DNA of 64,000 nucleotides. Source: Hydrurus foetidus (taxonomy: Eukaryota). Position numbers and translations under genes: made by a program. Positions 26,801 to 38,444 of this stretch are shown piece by piece. Numbering within the stretch: position 1 is the first letter of the stretch; every line of letters starts with the position of its first letter. The notes beneath the pieces were generated by a model. That model made no database searches and was not told the origin of the DNA. It saw only the letters and a program-made list of their open reading frames with translations. Where the stretch lies: positions 1 through 64,000 of the forward strand of contig UYFQ01000268.1 in the NCBI GenBank assembly GCA_900617105.1. Direction: 5' to 3'.

Positions 26801-29800
26801 GGATCCTACCGGGTACTACTACTGTACACTATAGTTAGGCTGTTGTATCGTCGAGGCCATCTGCAGCGTTCACGTAGAAGTTAACTAGCTTCTAGCCTAG
26901 CCGACCAGTAACTAAGCCTACCTTTCTCGACTCTCCCTTTCTCCATTTCCGTGACTATAATACAAAGAAACCGACATCGATGTCGTTCCATGTTAAATGG
27001 CTCAACTATGATAACTCACATAATACATGGGAGCCTTGGAAGAATCTCCGGCTCTGTGAAGCACTCCATGTATACTTGCGGAATAATAACATGTCACGTT
27101 TTATTCCCAAGAATCTTGAGGGATCAACCAATGAGGTTTGAGTTCGAACGTGTTATCTTTTGAAGATTTTTAGCCTAATTTTTTGCCCTTTTCTAAGGAA
27201 ATTTTATGTTTTTTTAGTCAGTAAGAATCTGACATAATTACGTTTTCTACCCTCGTACAACAGAATGAATCTGTTTTGTACAACCCCACCTTATCTTTCT
27301 ACATCGAACCCCAAGTCTCGGCTAATTTTTCTTTTGTAATACTTTTTATGTTCACTTTTATTTTTCATATTTTCGATTTTGCAAATATTTCGATATTTTC
27401 TTTTTCGATTAAATTATATATTAAGCTTTGCAAAGAAATGGGGGCTCCGATTTCGATTTCGATTTCGATTTCGATTTCGATTTCGATTTCGATTTCGATT
27501 TAGATTTAAGATTTTCTTAGAAAGAAAGATTAGTGGGGGTAATGTGATAGTACCGGGTCCAGGGTCCCGATCCTACCAGGTACCGACTCTACCGGATCCT
27601 ACCGGGTACTACTACTGTACACTATAGTTAGGCTGTTGTATCGTCGAGGCCATCTGCAGCGTTCACGTAGAAGTTAACTAGCTTCTAGCCTAGCCGACCA
27701 GTAACTAAGCCTACCTTTCTCGACTCTCCCTTTCTCCATTTCCGTGACTATAATACAAAGAAACCGACATCGATGTCGTTCCATGTTAAATGGCTCAACT
27801 ATGATAACTCACATAATACATGGGAGCCTTGGAAGAATCTCCGGCTCTGTGAAGCACTCCATGTATACTTGCGGAATAATAACATGTCACGTTTTATTCC
27901 CAAGAATCTTGAGGGATCAACCAATGAGGTTTGAGTTCGAACGTGTTATCTTTTGAAGATTTTTTAGCCTAATTTTTTGCCCTTTTCTAAGGAAATTTTA
28001 TGTTTTTTTAGTCAGTAAGAATCTGACATAATTACGTTTTCTACCCTCGTACAACAGAATGAATCTGTTTTGTACAACCCCACCTTATCTTTCTACATCG
28101 AACCCCAAGTCTCGGCTAATTTTTCTTTTGTAATACTTTTTATGTTCACTTTTATTTTTCATATTTTCGATTTTGCAAATATTTCGATATTTTCTTTTTC
28201 GATTAAATTATATATTAAGCTTTGCAAAGAAATGGGGGCTCCGATTTCGATTTCGATTTCGATTTCGATTTCGATTTCGATTTCGATTTCGATTTCGATT
28301 TCGATTTAGTTTAGATTTAGCTGAAATTTTCTTAGAAAGAAAGATTAGTGGGGGTAATGTGATAGTACCGGGTCCAGGGTCCCGATCCTACCAGGTACCG
28401 ACTCTACCGGATCCTACCGGGTACTACTACTGTACACTATAGTTAGGCTGTTGTATCGTCGAGGCCATCTGCAGCGTTCACGTAGAAGTTAACTAGCTTC
28501 TAGCCTAGCCGACCAGTAACTAAGCCTACCTTTCTCGACTCTCCCTTTCTCCATTTCCGTGACTATAATACAAAGAAACCGACATCGATGTCGTTCCATG
28601 TTAAATGGCTCAACTATGATAACTCACATAATACATGGGAGCCTTGGAAGAATCTCCGGCTCTGTGAAGCACTCCATGTATACTTGCGGAATAATAACAT
28701 GTCACGTTTTATTCCCAAGAATCTTGAGGGATCAACCAATGAGGTTTGAGTTCGAACGTGTTATCTTTTGAAGATTTTTAGCCTAATTTTTTGCCCTTTT
28801 CTAAGGAAATTTTATGTTTTTTTAGTCAGTAAGAATCTGACATAATTACGTTTTCTACCCTCGTACAACAGAATGAATCTGTTTTGTACAACCCCACCTT
28901 ATCTTTCTACATCGAACCCCAAGTCTCGGCTAATTTTTCTTTTGTAATACTTTTTATGTTCACTTTTATTTTTCATATTTTCGATTTTGCAAATATTTCG
29001 ATATTTTCTTTTTCGATTAAATTATATATTAAGCTTTGCAAAGAAACGGGGGCCCGATTTCGATTCGATGATTTCGATTTCGATTTCGAGATTTCGATTT
29101 CGCGATTAGAATTTTTTAGATTTAGCTGAAATTTTCTTAGAAAGAAAGATTAGTGGGGGTAATGTGATAGTACCGGGTCCAGGGTCCCGATCCTACCAGG
29201 TACCGACTCTACCGGATCCTACCGGGTACTACTACTGTACACTATAGTTAGGCTGTTGTATCGTCGAGGCCATCTGCAGCGTTCACGTAGAAGTTAACTA
29301 GCTTCTAGCCTAGCCGACCAGTAACTAAGCCTACCTTTCTCGACTCTCCCTTTCTCCATTTCCGTGACTATAATACAAAGAAACCGACATCGATGTCGTT
29401 CCATGTTAAATGGCTCAACTATGATAACTCACATAATACATGGGAGCCTTGGAAGAATCTCCGGCTCTGTGAAGCACTCCATGTATACTTGCGGAATAAT
29501 AACATGTCACGTTTTATTCCCAAGAATCTTGAGGGATCAACCAATGAGGTTTGAGTTCGAACGTGTTATCTTTTGAAGATTTTTTAGCCTAATTTTTTGC
29601 CCTTTTCTAAGGAAATTTTATGTTTTTTTAGTCAGTAAGAATCTGACATAATTACGTTTTCTACCCTCGTACAACAGAATGAATCTGTTTTGTACAACCC
29701 CACCTTATCTTTCTACATCGAACCCCAAGTCTCGGCTAATTTTTCTTTTGTAATACTTTTTATGTTCACTTTTATTTTTCATATTTTCGATTTTGCAAAT

Positions 29801-32800
29801 ATTTCGATATTTTCTTTTTCGATTAAATTATATATTAAGCTTTGCAAAGAAACGGGGGCTCCGATTTCGATTTCGATTTCGATTTCGATTTCGATTTCGA
29901 TTTCGATTTCGATTTAGTTTAGATTTAGCTGAAATTTTCTTAGAAAGAAAGATTAGTGGGGGTAATGTGATAGTACCGGGTCCAGGGTCCCGATCCTACC
30001 GGTACCGACTCTACCGGATCCTACCGGGTACTACTACTGTACACTATAGTTAGGCTGTTGTATCGTCGAGGCCATCTGCAGCGTTCACGTAGAAGTTAAC
30101 TAGCTTCTAGCCTAGCCGACCAGTAACTAAGCCTACCTTTCTCGACTCTCCCTTTCTCCATTTCCGTGACTATAATACAAAGAAACCGACATCGATGTCG
30201 TTCCATGTTAAATGGCTCAACTATGATAACTCACATAATACATGGGAGCCTTGGAAGAATCTCCGGCTCTGTGAAGCACTCCATGTATACTTGCGGAATA
30301 ATAACATGTCACGTTTTATTCCCAAGAATCTTGAGGGATCAACCAATGAGGTTTGAGTTCGAACGTGTTATCTTTTGAAGATTTTTAGCCTAATTTTTGC
30401 CCTTTTCTAAGGAAATTTTATGTTTTTTAGTCAGTAAGAATCTGACATAATTACGTTTTCTACCCTCGTACAACAGAATGAATCTGTTTTGTACAACCCC
30501 ACCTTATCTTTCTACATCGAACCCCAAGTCTCGGCTAATTTTTCTTTTGTAATACTTTTTATGTTCACTTTTATTTTTCATATTTTCGATTTTGCAAATA
30601 TTTCGATATTTTCTTTTTCGATTAAATTATATATTAAGCTTTGCAAAGAAACGGGGCTCCGATTTCGATTTCGATTTCGATTTCGATTTCGATTTCGATT
30701 TCGATTTCGATTTCGATTTCGATTTAGTTTAGATTTAGCTTTTTTTCTTAGAAAGAAAGATTAGTGGGGTAATGTGATAGTACCGGGTCCAGGGTCCCGA
30801 TCCTACCAGGTACCGACTCTACCGGATCCTACCGGGTACTACTACTGTACACTATAGTTAGGCTGTTGTATCGTCGAGGCCATCTGCAGCGTTCACGTAG
30901 AAGTTAACTAGCTTCTAGCCTAGCCGACCAGTAACTAAGCCTACCTTTCTCGACTCTCCCTTTCTCCATTTCCGTGACTATAATACAAAGAAACCGACAT
31001 CGATGTCGTTCCATGTTAAATGGCTCAACTATGATAACTCACATAATACATGGGAGCCTTGGAAGAATCTCCGGCTCTGTGAAGCACTCCATGTATACTT
31101 GCGGAATAATAACATGTCACGTTTTATTCCCAAGAATCTTGAGGGATCAACCAATGAGGTTTGAGTTCGAACGTGTTATCTTTTGAAGATTTTTTAGCCT
31201 AATTTTTTGCCCTTTTCTAAGGAAATTTTATGTTTTTTTAGTCAGTAAGAATCTGACATAATTACGTTTTCTACCCTCGTACAACAGAATGAATCTGTTT
31301 TGTACAACCCCACCTTATCTTTCTACATCGAACCCCAAGTCTCGGCTAATTTTTCTTTTGTAATACTTTTTATGTTCACTTTTATTTTTCATATTTTCGA
31401 TTTTGCAAATATTTCGATATTTTCTTTTTCGATTAAATTATATATTAAGCTTTGCAAAGAAATGGGGGCTCCGATTTCGATTTCGATTTCGATTTCGATT
31501 TCGATTTCGATTTCGATTTCGATTTCGATTTCGATTTCGATTTCGATTTCGATTTCGATTTCGATTTAGTTTAGATTTAGCTGAAATTTTCTTAGAAAGA
31601 AAGATTAGTGGGGGTAATGTGATAGTACCGGGTCCAGGGTCCCGATCCTACCAGGTACCGACTCTACCGGATCCTACCGGGTACTACTACTGTACACTAT
31701 AGTTAGGCTGTTGTATCGTCGAGGCCATCTGCAGCGTTCACGTAGAAGTTAACTAGCTTCTAGCCTAGCCGACCAGTAACTAAGCCTACCTTTCTCGACT
31801 CTCCCTTTCTCCATTTCCGTGACTATAATACAAAGAAACCGACATCGATGTCGTTCCATGTTAAATGGCTCAACTATGATAACTCACATAATACATGGGA
31901 GCCTTGGAAGAATCTCCGGCTCTGTGAAGCACTCCATGTATACTTGCGGAATAATAACATGTCACGTTTTATTCCCAAGAATCTTGAGGGATCAACCAAT
32001 GAGGTTTGAGTTCGAACGTGTTATCTTTTGAAGATTTTTTAGCCTAATTTTTTGCCCTTTTCTAAGGAAATTTTATGTTTTTTTAGTCAGTAAGAATCTG
32101 ACATAATTACGTTTTCTACCCTCGTACAACAGAATGAATCTGTTTTGTACAACCCCACCTTATCTTTCTACATCGAACCCCAAGTCTCGGCTAATTTTTC
32201 TTTTGTAATACTTTTTATGTTCACTTTTATTTTTCATATTTTCGATTTTGCAAATATTTCGATATTTTCTTTTTCGATTAAATTATATATTAAGCTTTGC
32301 AAAGAAACGGGGGCTCCGATTTCGATTTCGATTTCGATTTAGATTTAGCTGAAATTTTCTTAGAAAGAAAGATTAGTGGGGGTAATGTGATAGTACCGGG
32401 TCCAGGGTCCCGATCCTACCAGGTACCGACTCTACCGGATCCTACCGGGTACTACTACTGTACACTATAGTTAGGCTGTTGTATCGTCGAGGCCATCTGC
32501 AGCGTTCACGTAGAAGTTAACTAGCTTCTAGCCTAGCCGACCAGTAACTAAGCCTACCTTTCTCGACTCTCCCTTTCTCCATTTCCGTGACTATAATACA
32601 AAGAAACCGACATCGATGTCGTTCCATGTTAAATGGCTCAACTATGATAACTCACATAATACATGGAAGCCTTGGAAGAATCTCCGGCTCTGTGAAGCAC
32701 TCCATGTATACTTGCGGAATAATAACATGTCACGTTTTATTCCCAAGAATCTTGAGGGATCAACCAATGAGGTTTGAGTTCGAACGTGTTATCTTTTGAA

Positions 32801-35800
32801 GATTTTTTAGCCTAATTTTTTGCCCTTTTCTAAGGAAATTTTATGTTTTTTTAGTCAGTAAGAATCTGACATAATTACGTTTTCTACCCTCGTACAACAG
32901 AATGAATCTGTTTTGTACAACCCCACCTTATCTTTCTACATCGAACCCCAAGTCTCGGCTAATTTTTCTTTTGTAATACTTTTTATGTTCACTTTTATTT
33001 TTTCATATTTTCGATTTTGCAAATATTTCGATATTTTCTTTTTCGATTAAATTATATATTAAGCTTTGCAAAGAAATGGGGGCTCCGATTTCGATTTCGA
33101 TTTAGATTTCGATTCGATCGATTTCTGATTTAGTTTAGATTTAGCTGAAATTTTCAGAAAGAAAGATTAGTGGGGTAATGTGATAGTACCGGGTCCAGGG
33201 TCCCGATCCTACCAGTACCGACTCTACCGGATCCTACCGGGTACTACTACTGTACACTATAGTTAGGCTGTTGTATCGTCGAGGCCATCTGCAGCGTTCA
33301 CGTAGAAGTTAACTAGCTTCTAGCCTAGCCGACCAGTAACTAAGCCTACCTTTCTCGACTCTCCCTTTCTCCATTTCCGTGACTATAATACAAAGAAACC
33401 GACATCGATGTCGTTCCATGTTAAATGGCTCAACTATGATAACTCACATAATACATGGGAGCCTTGGAAGAATCTCCGGCTCTGTGAAGCACTCCATGTA
33501 TACTTGCGGAATAATAACATGTCACGTTTTATTCCCAAGAATCTTGAGGGATCAACCAATGAGGTTTGAGTTCGAACGTGTTATCTTTTGAAGATTTTTT
33601 AGCCTAATTTTTTGCCCTTTTCTAAGGAAATTTTATGTTTTTTTAGTCAGTAAGAATCTGACATAATTACGTTTTCTACCCTCGTACAACAGAATGAATC
33701 TGTTTTGTACAACCCCACCTTATCTTTCTACATCGAACCCCAAGTCTCGGCTAATTTTTCTTTTGTAATACTTTTATGTTCACTTTTTTTTCATATTTTC
33801 GATTTTGCAAATATTTCGATATTTTCTTTTCGATTAAATTATATATTAAGCTTTGCAAAGAAACGGGGGCTCCGATTTCGATTTCGATTTCGATTTCGAT
33901 TTCGATTTCGATTTCGATTTCGATTCTCGATTTAGTTTAGATTTAGCTGAAATTTTCTTAGAAAGAAAGATTAGTGGGGGTAATGTGATAGTACCGGGTC
34001 CAGGGTCCCGATCCTACCGGTACCGACTCTACCGGATCCTACCGGGTACTACTACTGTACACTATAGTTAGGCTGTTGTATCGTCGAGGCCATCTGCAGC
34101 GTTCACGTAGAAGTTAACTAGCTTCTAGCCTAGCCGACCAGTAACTAAGCCTACCTTTCTCGACTCTCCCTTTCTCCATTTCCGTGACTATAATACAAAG
34201 AAACCGACATCGATGTCGTTCCATGTTAAATGGCTCAACTATGATAACTCACATAATACATGGAAGCCTTGGAAGAATCTCCGGCTCTGTGAAGCACTCC
34301 ATGTATACTTGCGGAATAATAACATGTCACGTTTTATTCCCAAGAATCTTGAGGGATCAACCAATGAGGTTTGAGTTCGAACGTGTTATCTTTTGAAGAT
34401 TTTTTAGCCTAATTTTTTGCCCTTTTCTAAGGAAATTTTATGTTTTTTTAGTCAGTAAGAATCTGACATAATTACGTTTTCTACCCTCGTACAACAGAAT
34501 GAATCTGTTTTGTACAACCCCACCTTATCTTTCTACATCGAACCCCAAGTCTCGGCTAATTTTTCTTTTGTAATACTTTTTATGTTCACTTTTATTTTTC
34601 ATATTTTCGATTTTGCAAATATTTCGATATTTTCTTTTTCGATTAAATTATATATTAAGCTTTGCAAAGAAATGGGGGCTCCGATTTCGATTTCGATTTC
34701 GATCTCGATTTCGATTTCGATTTCGATCTCGATTTAGTTTAGATTTAGTTTAGATTTAGCTGAAATTTTCTTAGAAAGAAAGATTAGTGGGGGTAATGTG
34801 ATAGTACCGGGTCCAGGGTCCCGATCCTACCAGGTACCGACTCTACCGGATCCTACCGGGTACTACTACTGTACACTATAGTTAGGCTGTTGTATCGTCG
34901 AGGCCATCTGCAGCGTCCACGTAGAAGTTAACTAGCTTCTAGCCTAGCCGACCAGTAACTAAGCCTACCTTCTCGACTCTCCCTTTCTCCATTTCCGTGA
35001 CTATAATACAAAGAAACCGACATCGATGTCGTTCCATGTTAAATGGCTCAACTATGATAACTCACATAATACATGGGAGCCTTGGAAGAATCTCCGGCTC
35101 TGTGAAGCACTCCATGTATACTTCGGAATAATAACATGTCACGTTTTATTCCCAAGAATCTTGAGGGATCAACCAATGAGGTTTGAGTTCGAACGTGTTA
35201 TCTTTTGAAGATTTTTTAGCCTAATTTTTTGCCCTTTTCTAAGGAAATTTTATGTTTTTTTAGTCAGTAAGAATCTGACATAATTACGTTTTCTACCCTC
35301 GTACAACAGAATGAATCTGTTTTGTACAACCCCACCTTATCTTTCTACATCGAACCCCAAGTCTCGGCTAATTTTTCTTTTGTAATACTTTTTATGTTCA
35401 CTTTTATTTTTCATATTTTCGATTTTGCAAATATTTCGATATTTTCTTTTTCGATTAAATTATATATTAAGCTTTGCAAAGAAATGGGGGCTCCGATTTC
35501 GATCTCGATTTCGATTTAGCTGAAATTTTCTTAGAAAGAAAGATTAGTGGGGGTAATGTGATAGTACCGGGTCCAGGGTCCCGATCCTACCAGGTACCGA
35601 CTCTACCGGATCCTACCGGGTACTACTACTGTACACTATAGTTAGGCTGTTGTATCGTCGAGGCCATCTGCAGCGTTCACGTAGAAGTTAACTAGCTTCT
35701 AGCCTAGCCGACCAGTAACTAAGCCTACCTTTCTCGACTCTCCCTTTCTCCATTTCCGTGACTATAATACAAAGAAACCGACATCGATGTCGTTCCATGT

Positions 35801-37805
35801 TAAATGGCTCAACTATGATAACTCACATAATACATGGAAGCCTTGGAAGAATCTCCGGCTCTGTGAAGCACTCCATGTATACTTGCGGAATAATAACATG
35901 TCACGTTTTATTCCCAAGAATCTTGAGGGATCAACCAATGAGGTTTGAGTTCGAACGTGTTATCTTTTGAAGATTTTTTAGCCTAATTTTTTGCCCTTTT
36001 CTAAGGAAATTTTATGTTTTTTTAGTCAGTAAGAATCTGACATAATTACGTTTTCTACCCTCGTACAACAGAATGAATCTGTTTTGTACAACCCCACCTT
36101 ATCTTTCTACATCGAACCCCAAGTCTCGGCTAATTTTTCTTTTGTAATACTTTTTATGTTCACTTTTATTTTTCATATTTTCGATTTTGCAAATATTTCG
36201 ATATTTTCTTTTTCGATTAAATTATATATTAAGCTTTGCAAAGAAATGGGGGCTCCGATTTCGATTCTGATTTAGTTTAGATTTAGCTGAAATTTTCTTA
36301 GAAAGAAAGATTAGTGGGGGTAATGTGATAGTACCGGGTCCAGGGTCCCGATCCTACCAGGTACCGACTCTACCGGATCCTACCGGGTACTACTACTGTA
36401 CACTATAGTTAGGCTGTTGTATCGTCGAGGCCATCTGCAGCGTTCACGTAGAAGTTAACTAGCGTCAAGCCTAGCCGACCAGTAACTAAGCCTACCTTTC
36501 TCGACTCTCCCTTTCTCCATTTCCGTGACTATAATACAAAGAAACCGACATCGATGTCGTTCCATGTTAAATGGCTCAACTATGATAACTCACATAATAC
36601 ATGGAAGCCTTGGAAGAATCTCCGGCTCTGTGAAGCACTCCATGTATACTTGCGGAATAATAACATGTCACGTTTTATTCCCAAGAATCTTGAGGGATCA
36701 ACCAATGAGGTTTGAGTTCGAACGTGTTATCTTTTGAAGATTTTTTAGCCTAATTTTTTGCCCTTTTCTAAGGAAATTTTATGTTTTTTCAGTCAGTAAG
36801 AATCTGACATAATTACGTTTTCTACCCTCGTACAACAGAATGAATCTGTTTTGTACAACCCCACCTTATCTTTCTACATCGAACCCCAAGTCTCGGCTAA
36901 TTTTTCTTTTGTAATACTTTTTATGTTCACTTTTATTTTTCATATTTTCGATTTTGCAAATATTTCGATATTTTCTTTTTCGATTAAATTATATATTAAG
37001 CTTTGCAAAGAAATGGGGGCTCCGATTTCGATTTAGTTTAGATTTAGCTGAAATTTTCTTAGAAAGAAAGATTAGTGGGGGTAATGTGATAGTACCGGGT
37101 CCAGGGTCCCGATCCTACCAGGTACCGACTCTACCGGATCCTACCGGGTACTACTACTGTACACTATAGTTAGGCTGTTGTATCGTCGAGGCCATCTGCA
37201 GCGTTCACGTAGAAGTTAACTAGCTTCTAGCCTAGCCGACCAGTAACTAAGCCTACCTTTCTCGACTCTCCCTTTCTCCATTTCCGTGACTATAATACAA
37301 AGAAACCGACATCGATGTCGTTCCATGTTAAATGGCTCAACTATGATAACTCACATAATACATGGAGCTTTTTCCGGAACTCGGCTCTGTAGTTACCCAT
37401 GTATAATGGATACAATGTTATTCCCAAGAATCTTGAGATCAACCAATGAGGTTTGAGTTCGAACGTGTTATCTTTTGAAGATTTTAGCCTAATTTTGTTC
37501 CTTTCTAAGAATTTATAGTTTTTAAGAATTCGACATAATTATTGAAATCATTCTTGTACAACAGAATGAATCTGTTTTGTACAACCCCACCTTATCTTTC
37601 TACATCGAACCCCAAGTCTCTATTTTTCTTGATATTTTTATGTTCACTTTATTTTCATATTTTCGATTTTGCAAATATTTCGATATTTTCTTTTTCGATT
37701 AAATTATATATTAAGCTTTGCAAAGAAACGGGGGCTCCGATTTCGATTCTGATTTAGTTTAGATTTAGCTGAAATTTTCTTAGAAAGAAAGATTAGTGGG
37801 GGTAA

Positions 37806-38015
37806 TGTGATAGTACCGGGTCCAGGGTCCCGATCCTACCAGGTACCGACTCTACCGGATCCTACCGGGTACTACTACTGTACACTATAGTTAGGCTGTT
37901 GTATCGTCGAGGCCATCTGCAGCGTTCACGTAGAAGTTAACTAGCTTCTAGCCTAGCCGACCAGTAACTAAGCCTACCTTTCTCGACTCTCCCTTTCTCC
38001 ATTTCCGTGACTACA
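37806..38015 (+). mobile_element. Complete 210-bp LTR (last array unit)
   Basis: Begins TGT right after the PPT and ends ...gtgactACA. All internal units read gtgacta|taataca, i.e. they lack the terminal CA. Confidence 0.75.
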
Positions 38016-38444
38016 CCGAATACATTTCAGAGGCCTATATAGGATATGCGGATTTACAATTGGGGGATAAACCTAATGGTGGTTCCACCTCTATATAACA
38101 AATGTCATTTTATATGACGCTAGATTTGCAGGGATTTGACCGTGTTCTCGCAGTCCGAGAATGGTTTTAGGGGGTCTAATTTTGGGGGGATTTGACGATC
38201 CGGGGGTCTAATGTTGATGCGATTATCCGGTGGGTTTTATGGAGCTGGACGTTTGGATGATCCGGGGGGGGGGGTCTCATGGAGTTTGGGTGAAACACAC
38301 GACGCAACCCTCTGTACTGTTATCTACTCTTGTGATGAGACGAACTGAAACTAGCTGAACTTCAGTGCTGATGTATTCATGATGGGCTAGTCATTAACTT
38401 CAGATCGAACCATTTACAGGCTCATAGTATTGACTTGCTTTTTT

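Larger units (their letters stand above)
11067..38015 (+). repeat. Tandem array of ~34 units (~760-845 bp) derived from the 3' end of a chromovirus (Ty3/gypsy) LTR retrotransposon
   Basis: The same unit repeats head-to-tail (34 LTR segments, 33 chromodomain segments). Unit = chromodomain tail, T-rich 3'UTR, (GATTTC)n, PPT, LTR. Length differences come mainly from (GATTTC)n. Confidence 0.95.

Noticed and set aside
11235..37757. About 90 repeated ORFs (MYNPTLSF...ISISIS, MQIFRY...RFRFRF, MTIIQRN...)
   Set aside because: They are by-products of the tandem unit and the (GATTTC)n tract, mostly with non-ATG starts. The only protein-like frame is the chromodomain fragment.
11067..38015. CRISPR array or rDNA/5S/spliced-leader gene array
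   Set aside because: There are no unique spacers and no recognisable rRNA or snRNA sequence. The unit is explained by chromodomain, PPT and LTR.
11067..38015. Tandem TRIM (terminal-repeat retrotransposon in miniature)
   Set aside because: The layout is similar, but no primer-binding site follows the LTR and internal LTRs lack the terminal CA, so the units are unlikely to retrotranspose.
11055..38021. ACCGAAT at both array borders as a target-site duplication
   Set aside because: The left copy is not followed by an LTR start, and the sequence right of 38021 does not continue the interrupted Rep reading frame. Probably chance.
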